A DNA stretch of 51,496 bases, taken from contig JBMLOK010000269.1 of NCBI GenBank assembly GCA_049243005.1, positions 2,713-54,208 on the forward strand, read 5' to 3'. Numbering within the stretch: the first letter of the stretch is position 1; every line of letters begins with the position of its first letter. Origin of the DNA: Bacteroidia bacterium (GTDB lineage Bacteria; Bacteroidota; Bacteroidia; UKL13-3). Both the position numbers and the translations under genes were made by a program. The notes under the pieces were generated by a model. It saw only the letters and a program-made list of their open reading frames with translations, was not told the origin of the DNA and did not search any database. Shown here piece after piece: positions 44,901-51,496 of the stretch.

Positions 44901-47483
44901 ACAGGGAAAGATGAATTTAGGTTTAGAGTAGATGGCGATATCCATTTAGATAATACATTTTCAAATAATCCGGGTTGTACACAATCATATCCTATTGCAG
45001 GTTCAGCAAGTAAAACAGGTGCATCTCAAACAGGATTAAGTAATCGTTGTTTCTCGGATGCATCAGCAAGTTCTACCAAATATACTATTACAAAAAGAAT
45101 TGGTCATACAAATGCTGACCTAAATTTAAGTTGGATTGGCTCTTTGAATGATACAGATTTAACAGCTTGTAATGAAAGCTGGAGTTTAGAAAATTTATCA
45201 ATAAAAATTAGAAAAACAGCGAATATTCTTTGGTTTCCAAATGGTGAAACTACTCAAAATATAGACATCCCAGGCTTAACTACAAGCCAAGATTATTGGA
45301 TTCAAGTTGATAATGGAGTTGATTTTTGTTATGATACAGTTAGTGTCCAAGTTGGACCAACCTTAAAAGTAAATTTCTTAAACGATACAATCTATTCATG
45401 CGCAACTTCAAGTGTTTTAATTTCCGCCCCAAATGGTTATGATACTTATACCTGGAGTACAGGAGATACAACACAAAGGACAAGAGTATCAAATGCAACC
45501 TGGTACAGATCTTATGTAAGTTTAGGTGGATGTTATGGAGTTGATAGTACATTTTATGCTGTTACCAAAGCTGTTGTTTCACAAACTACTCCTTATGAAG
45601 TTTGTTTAAATCAACCTACTTACATAAATATCAACTGGAAAGACAATTGTAATCCTTTTGGCTCTCCAGAAAATACAGGATATGTAAGTGGTAGCCCAAT
45701 TGCAGGATATACATGGGTAGGCGAATATTTAGGTCATAATTACTATTTAGCAGATACAAGAAGTAATTGGTCAACCGCAGCTCAAAATGCTTTAAAAGCT
45801 GGAGGTCATTTGGCAATTATTACAGATACTGCGGAACAAAAATTCATTCAAGATATTACTACCAAAAATGTATGGCTTGGATTATACAGAACTCCTTCAG
45901 GAGCATTTACATGGATGAACTGTAATGATACTAGTTATACAAATTGGTATTCTGCTGCACCATCAGCCAATGCCGGTGAAGACTACGTGTACATGATGAA
46001 TGCTGCATGTACCGAACCTTATAAATGGAATACTTTAATTGATGATGATAACGCTTCAACAGATCCTTGTTTTTCGGAAATTTATGGATTACTAGAAATT
46101 AATGAAGTTAAGAAAAATATAAATTGGTTACCTGATAATGTTGGTGGCGATACATTAAAATTCACACCTACATCGAATGTATTATATAGAGCAGTTGTTT
46201 CAAATTATGATTGGCCATTCTCGGGTGGAGGTTGTTCAAAAACAATTTCAACAGTAACAGTTGACCCAACAACTTTTAATATTGAAAGAGACTCTGCAGT
46301 TAAATGGTCTTGTGAAGGAGATACTGCAATTCTTATTGCCCCAACTTCTACCATCTTTAAAAATTATGCTTGGAGTAATGGTGAAGTTGGTTCTAGAATA
46401 GTTGTAAGCCAGTTTAAAGGATGGTTATATTGCACTGTTGATGTTGGAAATTGTCAAGCTAAAGACAGTGTTTGGGTTGATTTAAATACTCCAATGTCAT
46501 TCCAATTCAATACAAAAGATATTACTTGTTTTGGGTTTAACGATGGACAAACCTTAGCAATTCCTTCCGGTGGAGAAGGAACCGTAAAACTAACTTGGCT
46601 GCATGATGGTTCTAGCGACCCAAATATTACAAATTTAGCTCCAGGAACTTACATCATTACCGCAGTAGATGATTCTGGTTGTGTTGCTTCTGATTCAATT
46701 TTAATAACCAATCCTCCATCAAAATTAGATTTAAGTTTTAGATTGTTAAAACCAGTTTCATGTGTGGGTGATTCAAATGCAATCGTTGAAGCATTGCCTA
46801 TTGGAGGAGATAAACCATATACAGTATCGAGTTGGGAATTCGTAACCACCTCTGACACCTTAACAGGAGCTCACAAAGGTTGGTATCCATTCTCTTTAGT
46901 CGATATTCGAGGTTGTCTGCTGCGGGATAGTTTTTTTGTTGAAGATGCAAAGCCAATCGATATTACTGCTAAAGTCACCAAACAAATTCTTTGTGATGAA
47001 GATACAAATGGGGTTATTGAATTAAATGTCATTGGAGGAACAGCACCGTATTTCTTACTTTGGAATCAAAAATTATTAGATTCAACAATTGTAACAGGTT
47101 TAACCGGTGGAAATTATGTAGCTTATGTAGTAGATACATTCCTATGTTTTGATTCAGTAGAGATTACTATCGCAGGTACCGCATTAAACAAATGTGATAT
47201 GTTTATTCCACAAGGATTCACTCCAAATGGTGATGGATACAATGATTACTTTGTCATCAAAGGTTTAAGTGATTTCCCGGATAACGAACTGACCATTTTT
47301 AACCGTTGGGGTGAAATTGTTTATCAAGCTGAAGATTATAAAAACAATTGGGATGGTAAAGCTACCAGAAGCACTTTATTATCGGGCGGTAGTGATTACT
47401 TACCAAATGATACCTATTATTATGTATTTGTCACGAAAGCAAATAACAAATCGTTTTCAGGTTATATTTATTTAACTAAATAA
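41934..47483 (+). CDS. Giant cell-surface adhesin with FG-GAP, UnbV/ASPIC, Cys-bracketed repeat, C-type lectin, SprB-repeat and T9SS type-B CTD modules
   Basis: 1849 aa from ATG 41934 (MNKKILLAFLLFLSLKSFSQ). The modules, in order:
- Seven D(Y/L)(N/D/E)xDxxxD(I/V/L) FG-GAP calcium-loop repeats (42060-43140).
- An UnbV-like block, NNFISIKL...PRGARVKV...YFGLG....IDSVVIYWPDG (~43195-43420).
- Two C-type lectin-like domains (43779-44249 and 45642-46103).
- Three SprB repeats, C.G..(D/N)G......GG..PY...W (46521-47063).
- A type-B CTD, FIPQGFTPNGDGYNDYFVIKGL...LTIFNRWGEIVYQ...NNWDGK (47193-47480). Confidence 0.85.
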   Translation: MNKKILLAFLLFLSLKSFSQPFTNVISSSGLDANRAQILDVLDYNNDSWEDVILLNGISSTPKLYRNIGGNFTDVTTLAGLSGINSVDESFSAFSFDYNSDGFQDIMFVKNEPSGFMRLFKNNCGNNFTEVTSELNIPQGINFITSSTTGDANIQISDYDEDSDLDLVFARVLNTNERRISVLINSGATLNTIDDIVTGFGSTVDPIIVMFDYDNNFNDDILVIRKTAENGTDQVDLYENNNVGGFSILPGTGLTNSSNVGFANLWDYNRDGFVDILLGTKDVLSPGPGNQKNKVFRNNGNGTFTDQTSLVSAFDAVNNNTVNYIGSYIFDLENDGDLDVLWQTRTSGPVTDASTPSLMRNNGSNVFTPRQTVVLPNLNYGGSALSKFAVFDYNNDGYPDIFRFGSANVANDAVLYKNNATGNNFISIKLLTCSGAADPRGARVKVTAGGISTTKFYGSNSLGSATTYGSEKLYFGLGTNTSIDSVVIYWPDGTITTETSIFPNQTAVITNDINCNLGNPLVVDLGPDTLTVCNTDRGNLSLVGPFDSYLWSTTETTPSIDVTKEGWYSVTAGILSTGCFANDSIYVVFGNADILQNDTQICVGNPVKLDASPRYDCNPFGAPVAIGTYTAGRPITGYDYLGEFSGHYYYMAKTNSTWSKAAQDALNAGGTLAIINSIEEQNFIQSLSTVKDNLWLGMLRDPINRQFRWMNCENVNFQNFGPGEPTDVTGEDYVFMKNSTCPDAGTWKQWVIDDNVNPDACLSNMYGLMELDVNASNIKYKWSSGETTSSITVTPTTTTSYLVDVTFGNATCSDVVSVIIPDLNNIFPSDTLKTCGGDSLFLFSIGGMKNYSWSNGETGESIFAKSNGWYKVDVISNGGCSGTDSVYLIIFNAAIRTPDTSLCWNTPFTLRGPSTTLSYSEYYSETFIGPAPFNGFSRNSNFTFNGSRVLGFFHNDSVFFDLKGLPSHDSLEISYDLYIHDTWEGDCSLTGKDEFRFRVDGDIHLDNTFSNNPGCTQSYPIAGSASKTGASQTGLSNRCFSDASASSTKYTITKRIGHTNADLNLSWIGSLNDTDLTACNESWSLENLSIKIRKTANILWFPNGETTQNIDIPGLTTSQDYWIQVDNGVDFCYDTVSVQVGPTLKVNFLNDTIYSCATSSVLISAPNGYDTYTWSTGDTTQRTRVSNATWYRSYVSLGGCYGVDSTFYAVTKAVVSQTTPYEVCLNQPTYININWKDNCNPFGSPENTGYVSGSPIAGYTWVGEYLGHNYYLADTRSNWSTAAQNALKAGGHLAIITDTAEQKFIQDITTKNVWLGLYRTPSGAFTWMNCNDTSYTNWYSAAPSANAGEDYVYMMNAACTEPYKWNTLIDDDNASTDPCFSEIYGLLEINEVKKNINWLPDNVGGDTLKFTPTSNVLYRAVVSNYDWPFSGGGCSKTISTVTVDPTTFNIERDSAVKWSCEGDTAILIAPTSTIFKNYAWSNGEVGSRIVVSQFKGWLYCTVDVGNCQAKDSVWVDLNTPMSFQFNTKDITCFGFNDGQTLAIPSGGEGTVKLTWLHDGSSDPNITNLAPGTYIITAVDDSGCVASDSILITNPPSKLDLSFRLLKPVSCVGDSNAIVEALPIGGDKPYTVSSWEFVTTSDTLTGAHKGWYPFSLVDIRGCLLRDSFFVEDAKPIDITAKVTKQILCDEDTNGVIELNVIGGTAPYFLLWNQKLLDSTIVTGLTGGNYVAYVVDTFLCFDSVEITIAGTALNKCDMFIPQGFTPNGDGYNDYFVIKGLSDFPDNELTIFNRWGEIVYQAEDYKNNWDGKATRSTLLSGGSDYLPNDTYYYVFVTKANNKSFSGYIYLTK
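43479..44396 (+). repeat. Copy 1 of a ~0.9-kb duplicated super-module (Cys-bracketed repeat - linker - C-type lectin domain - Cys-bracketed repeat)
   Basis: It aligns end to end at protein level with 45351-46263, at roughly 40% identity by eye. Examples are CNPFG(A/S)P, GY.(Y/W).GE..GH.YY.A, W..AAQ.AL.AGG.LAII, (L/V)WLG(M/L), W(M)NC, GEDYV(F/Y)M and YGL(M/L)E(L/I). Confidence 0.7.
45351..46263 (+). repeat. Copy 2 of the duplicated super-module
   Basis: See copy 1. The lengths are nearly identical (918 vs 913 nt) and the module order is the same. Confidence 0.7.
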
Positions 47484-47494
47484 TCAGAATTAAA

Positions 47495-48442
47495 ATGAAA
47501 AAATTATATAAAAATAGCCTTCTGATTTGTTTTTCGATTTTGGGAATTTCACAAGTCAATGCTCAATTAAACCCCAATTCTTCTAATTTTATGTTTAACC
47601 CCATTGCTGTTAACCCGGCAATGTCAGGATTACACACAAATCAAATTCAATTGGGATTTGAAGCACAATGGTTAGGTTTAGAAGGTTCTCCTAAAACAGG
47701 TTATCTTAGATATGATAAATTGTTCAATGAAAACTCTGGTTGGAATGTTGCTGTTATTTCTGATCACGTTGGACCATTAAGCACTATTACTTTAAGTAAT
47801 GCTTTTGGATACCATTTCAAAACAACAGAAAAAACATTTGCCTCTTTAGGTATTCGTCATAATCTATCGCAACATTATTTTAATATTTCACCTGATAAAA
47901 TTAATGATGTGAATGACCCATTGTTTAATGCTAGCACAAGTAGTGTTCCTGTTAATAATTTTGATGCAGGTTTAACATTTTATAATCCTGAATCATATTT
48001 AGTAGGATTTAGCTATAGAAATATCATTCCACAAAGGCGTTTTAGAGGGAATGAAGTAACAGAAGTTCCAACTTTATCACTACATGGCTGGTATACCCGC
48101 GAAATCAACAGCGACTTTAGTTTAGAGGCTGTTGGTCAATTTAACTCATCTCTTAATAATCCATTAAACTCACAATTTGCCGTAATGGGTGTTTACCAAC
48201 AAATGTTTGGTGGAGGATTAAACTTTTCACCAGGAAGTCAAGTTGGAATTTTTGCTTATATCAAAACCAAAGACAAACTTAATTTCTTCTATAATTTCAA
48301 TTTACCTGTATCTCAAATATTCCAAGTGAGTAAACAATCACATGCAATAGGTATCAGTTACAGATTAGGAAAAGATCAAAACCTGTTTAATACATTCTTT
48401 ATTCAACCCACAGATAATGCCAGTGGAAATCGATTATTCTAA
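47495..48442 (+). CDS. PorP/SprF family type IX secretion system outer-membrane protein
   Basis: 315 aa with a signal peptide ending NAQ, followed by NPIAVNPAMSG and a beta-barrel-like alternating pattern (TIGR03519-like). It starts 11 nt after the type-B CTD adhesin, which is the canonical cargo-SprF arrangement. Confidence 0.8.
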   Translation: MKKLYKNSLLICFSILGISQVNAQLNPNSSNFMFNPIAVNPAMSGLHTNQIQLGFEAQWLGLEGSPKTGYLRYDKLFNENSGWNVAVISDHVGPLSTITLSNAFGYHFKTTEKTFASLGIRHNLSQHYFNISPDKINDVNDPLFNASTSSVPVNNFDAGLTFYNPESYLVGFSYRNIIPQRRFRGNEVTEVPTLSLHGWYTREINSDFSLEAVGQFNSSLNNPLNSQFAVMGVYQQMFGGGLNFSPGSQVGIFAYIKTKDKLNFFYNFNLPVSQIFQVSKQSHAIGISYRLGKDQNLFNTFFIQPTDNASGNRLF

Positions 48443-48456
48443 GTTGAATTAATTTA

Positions 48457-48494
48457 AAAAAAGCCTGTTTCAAAATTCTGAAACAGGCTTTTTT
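48457..48494. terminator. Bidirectional intrinsic terminator
   Basis: 16-bp perfect stem aaaaaagcctgtttca (48457-48472) / tgaaacaggctttttt (48479-48494) with a 6-nt loop. It lies between the convergent PorP/SprF and ykgJ-like genes, and the right arm overlaps the latter's stop codon. Confidence 0.8.
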
Positions 48495-48984
48495 ATTTAT
48501 AATAGTTTTTCAGCTTTTCTACTACTAAATATACTGCAGGACAAATCATTGTATTTAAATAAGTGATACTCATTTTTTGAGCCATATTTCTTTGCTGAGT
48601 ATGAGGGAATTCTCTGCAAGCATTTGGTCTTGATTCATAAACACTGCAGTATTTATCAGTACCTAAAAAAGGACAGGGAACTGATTTAAAAACGTAATCG
48701 TTATCTTCATCTATACGCAAATAGTTTTCAGTAAATTCAGAAGGTCGTAATCGAAGATGTTTTGCCAATCTATCTATATCTTTATCCAAAAACAACGGAC
48801 CGGTTCCACTACAACAATTGGCACATTTTAAACAATCAATATTTTCAAATACCTCTTCATGATATTGATTACAAATTATATCTAAATCTTTGGGTTTCTG
48901 CTTTTTTAATTTATCAAGAAATTTTTTATTCTCTGATTTTTTAGCAGTTGCCTGTTTTAAATAATTTTCATACTCAAGAATCAT
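48493..48984 (-). CDS. YkgJ family cysteine-cluster protein (UPF0153/CxxCxxCC)
   Basis: 163 aa. CLKCANCCSG plus the distal CPFL....CSVYESRPNACREFP are characteristic. Confidence 0.7.
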   Translation of the reverse strand: MILEYENYLKQATAKKSENKKFLDKLKKQKPKDLDIICNQYHEEVFENIDCLKCANCCSGTGPLFLDKDIDRLAKHLRLRPSEFTENYLRIDEDNDYVFKSVPCPFLGTDKYCSVYESRPNACREFPHTQQRNMAQKMSITYLNTMICPAVYLVVEKLKNYYK

Positions 48985-48989
48985 AATTG

Positions 48990-50210
48990 TTATTTTACGA
49001 TATCATGTAATTCATGTCCCATTTTAACCTTTTTGGTATCCAAGTATTTTTTATTATGTGGATTTGGACTCACTTCTAAAGCTACATTTTCAACAATCTC
49101 TAAACCATATCCAATTAAACCTGCTCTTTTAGTTGGGTTATTTGTCATCAATCGCATTTTTTGAACACCCATATCTCTTAAAATCTGGGCTCCAACACCA
49201 TAATCTCTTTCATCCATTTTGAAACCTAATTGAAGGTTAGCTTCAACAGTATCAAATCCTTGTTCTTGTAGCTTATATGCTTTTAATTTATTGATTAAAC
49301 CAATACCTCTACCCTCTTGATTGATATATAAAACCATTCCCTTTCCTTCTTTTTCAATCATTTGCATGGCTTTATGTAATTGATCTCCACAATCACATCT
49401 CATTGAATGAAAAATATCTCCTGTAATGCAAGATGAATGCACACGAACCAAAACTGGTTCATCAGGCTCCCAAGTACCTTTTTGTAAAACTAAATGCTCT
49501 TCTCCTGTATCTTTTTGATGATAAGCTGTTAAAATAAATTGACCATATTTGGTAGGCATTTCAACCGATATTACCTTTTTAACTAAAGACTCCTTTTCCA
49601 AACGATAAGCAATCAAATCTTTAATTGTTACCAATTTCATATCAAACTTTGCAGCAATTTTAACCAAATCAGGAACTCTTGCCATTGTTCCATCTTCATT
49701 CATAATTTCAACTATACAACCTGCTGGTTCAAATCCTGCTAAACGAGCAAAATCAACAGCCGCCTCAGTATGACCGGCTCTTCTTAGAACACCTTCAGGT
49801 CTGGCTTTTAAAGGAAAAATATGTCCCGGTTTACCTAAATCATCTGGTTTTGTTAATGGGTCAATAAGTGCTTGCATTGTTTTAGCTCTATCCTGAGCAG
49901 ATATACCTGTAGTGCAACCTTTACCTAATAAATCAACCGAAACTGTAAATGGAGTACTATGAGAAGTGGTATTTTCACTAACCATTAAATTTAAATTCAA
50001 TTCTTCACATCTGGTATCAATTAAAGGTGCACAAATGAGTCCTCTTCCCTCTTTACTCATGAAGTTTATTATTTCAGGAGTTACATTTCTTGCAGCAGTT
50101 AAAAAGTCACCTTCGTTTTCTCTATCCTCATCATCAACAACAATAATCATTTTACCTTGACGAATGTCTTCAATTGCTTCTTCAATTGTATTAAATTTTA
50201 CTTTTTCCAT
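48990..50210 (-). CDS. ribBA: Bifunctional 3,4-dihydroxy-2-butanone-4-phosphate synthase / GTP cyclohydrolase II
   Basis: 406 aa. RibB motifs are [12 protein letters not shown] and GHTEA. RibA motifs are [20 protein letters not shown] and [18 protein letters not shown]. Confidence 0.95.
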   Translation of the reverse strand: MEKVKFNTIEEAIEDIRQGKMIIVVDDEDRENEGDFLTAARNVTPEIINFMSKEGRGLICAPLIDTRCEELNLNLMVSENTTSHSTPFTVSVDLLGKGCTTGISAQDRAKTMQALIDPLTKPDDLGKPGHIFPLKARPEGVLRRAGHTEAAVDFARLAGFEPAGCIVEIMNEDGTMARVPDLVKIAAKFDMKLVTIKDLIAYRLEKESLVKKVISVEMPTKYGQFILTAYHQKDTGEEHLVLQKGTWEPDEPVLVRVHSSCITGDIFHSMRCDCGDQLHKAMQMIEKEGKGMVLYINQEGRGIGLINKLKAYKLQEQGFDTVEANLQLGFKMDERDYGVGAQILRDMGVQKMRLMTNNPTKRAGLIGYGLEIVENVALEVSPNPHNKKYLDTKKVKMGHELHDIVK

Positions 50211-50216
50211 TTTACT

Positions 50217-51419
50217 TTATTTGCTGAGGTTCTTATAATAAGATAGTATGTCTCTTATTACCATTGAACTTTCATATTTGTTTTCAACTAATTTTCTGGC
50301 TTCTCTTCCTGTTTTTTCTATTAATTCAGGATTGCAAATTAACTTTGAAATTTGATTTATGAAATCTGAGGATGTTTCTGCTTGAAATATATTTAAATCA
50401 GGTTGAACAGAAATGCCTGTAAAGCCCATTTCTGTTGACACTAAGCATTTTCCCAAAGCTAAACCTTCAAGAATTTTTACTCGAATTCCACTTCCTGAAA
50501 ACAGAGGGACAATCATGATGGATTTCGATAACATCAATTGAATGGCATCATCTACTTCACCTAAAACTTCAATTCCATTTCCTGAAAAATTAAAAAACTC
50601 TTTTGGCATATTTCTTCCTGCAATATAGAATTTGATTTCAGGATGTTTTGTTTTTAAACTAGGCCAAACCTCTTTAATAAACCACTTAACAGCTTCTTGA
50701 TTTGGCATCCAATCCATAGAACCAAGGTGTAGAATTGAATTCGGTTCAATTTGACTATAATCCGGAGCTAATCTGCTAATATCCATGCCAGTTGGTGCTA
50801 TATGCCAACTTTTAATATAGCCATAACTTTCAAAACATTTAGCATCACTTTCAGTAACACAAGTGAGCCCATCAAATAAATTTAATTGAGCTAATTCGTA
50901 TTTCTTTAAACGATTGGAAAGTATGTTTAAATAGTATTTTTTAATGGGATTTTTTTCAATTCCTGCTAAACTTTGCCAGATTTCAAATTCAACATTATGT
51001 GCTCTTAAAACACATTTTGCATTGGTATTTTCACGAATGATTTTTAAATAGGGTGCCATGAAGATACTTTCAAAAACCACCACATCAAACTGTTTCTCTT
51101 TACAAAGATTTTCCAACATTTGTTCGAACTCTTTGCTTATAAATCTTACTACATGGTACGATTCATCTGAAAATAACAGGTTTTTTAAAGCATCAACTGG
51201 TTTTATTTTATTGTCGATATAACTCAATCTAAAATCGGCCAGACCTCTTACTTCTTCAGGTAATTTATCAAAATCAACAAAATGTTTACTAGTATTTAAA
51301 ACTGCGCATGTTAAATCACAACCTGCATCATGGTAACCTTTTAGAAAATTGTAATATCCCAAAGCACCTCCATCTTTTAGAGGCCAAGGAAATCTATTTA
51401 TTAATTGTAGAATCCTCAT
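50217..51419 (-). CDS. GT4-type (GT-B fold, Glycos_transf_1) glycosyltransferase
   Basis: 400 aa. The N-terminus MRILQLINRFPWPLKDGGA is present. The C-terminal half has the GT1/GT4 pattern (FYIAGRN...VPLFSGSGIRVKILEGLALGK.LVST..G). Confidence 0.75.
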   Translation of the reverse strand: MRILQLINRFPWPLKDGGALGYYNFLKGYHDAGCDLTCAVLNTSKHFVDFDKLPEEVRGLADFRLSYIDNKIKPVDALKNLLFSDESYHVVRFISKEFEQMLENLCKEKQFDVVVFESIFMAPYLKIIRENTNAKCVLRAHNVEFEIWQSLAGIEKNPIKKYYLNILSNRLKKYELAQLNLFDGLTCVTESDAKCFESYGYIKSWHIAPTGMDISRLAPDYSQIEPNSILHLGSMDWMPNQEAVKWFIKEVWPSLKTKHPEIKFYIAGRNMPKEFFNFSGNGIEVLGEVDDAIQLMLSKSIMIVPLFSGSGIRVKILEGLALGKCLVSTEMGFTGISVQPDLNIFQAETSSDFINQISKLICNPELIEKTGREARKLVENKYESSMVIRDILSYYKNLSK

Positions 51420-51496
51420 TAATTATTAAGCCTGATTTTTTGATTTAATAAATCTTCTAATAAATCTAAAATAACCTGATAAATCAAAAATACCTG
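51419..51496 (-). CDS. Possible 3' end of an upstream minus-strand gene running off the window
   Basis: The frame is open for 25 codons (...QVFLIYQVILDLLEDLLNQKIRLNN*). Its TAA stop overlaps the GT4 ATG (TAATG), suggesting translational coupling. It is too short to identify. Confidence 0.3.
   Translation of the reverse strand, partial: QVFLIYQVILDLLEDLLNQKIRLNN

Noticed and set aside
50211-50216. I looked for an FMN riboswitch upstream of ribBA.
   Set aside because: Only 6 nt separate ribBA from the upstream GT4 gene, so there is no room for a riboswitch. The gene appears to be co-transcribed.
1-51496. I searched for a defence island, mobile element, CRISPR array, tRNA/rRNA gene or prophage remnant that could be the 'exciting system'.
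   Set aside because: I found no direct-repeat arrays, and no transposase, integrase, recombinase, nuclease, helicase or reverse-transcriptase-like ORFs. No non-coding gap is long or structured enough for an rRNA or tRNA. Non-coding spacers are at most ~280 bp and AT-rich. The window reads as an ordinary core chromosome with several surface-protein genes.

Overview
The window is a visibly AT-rich, densely coding chromosomal segment that reads cleanly in the standard code. It is almost certainly from a Bacteroidota (Flavobacteriia-like) genome. The lineage call rests on four type IX secretion (T9SS) cargo proteins (three type-A C-terminal sorting domains (CTDs), one type-B), a PorP/SprF gene, an S46 dipeptidyl-peptidase, and TAnnTTTG -7 promoter boxes 16-33 nt upstream of start codons. 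I support about 44 protein genes.

Most are ordinary core or housekeeping functions:
- Metabolism and translation: mtnN, fabI, gatB, accC, rsmG, lgt, ltaE, ribBA.
- Regulation: an OmpR-type two-component pair, an ArsR-SRPBCC-DoxX cassette and a Crp-family regulator.
- Envelope and peptide use: a TlpA-like thioredoxin, M1/S46/M20 peptidases and glycosyltransferases.

Seven of nine convergent gene junctions carry long perfect hairpins flanked by an A-run and a T-run, consistent with bidirectional intrinsic terminators. The other two junctions physically overlap.

I found no rRNA, tRNA, CRISPR array, transposase, integrase, prophage or recognisable defence gene. I also found no convincing novel multi-gene system, and I say so plainly. 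The items most worth a second look are:
1. A 1849-aa adhesin (41934-47483) that combines a 7x FG-GAP + UnbV module, two eukaryote-like C-type lectin domains inside a duplicated ~0.9-kb super-module, SprB repeats and a type-B CTD. Its own PorP/SprF gene lies 11 nt downstream.
2. A PNGase F-like T9SS cargo whose N-terminal jelly-roll seems to be split by a ~510-aa insertion containing a LamG domain.
3. A tandem pair of paralogous His/acid-rich single-pass membrane mini-proteins.
4. An orphan ~600-aa protein with NMO/FabK-like FMN TIM-barrel motifs.
5. A three-gene block of orphan secreted or membrane proteins.

All family assignments come from motif recognition by eye and from memory of reference sequences. 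No searches were run.
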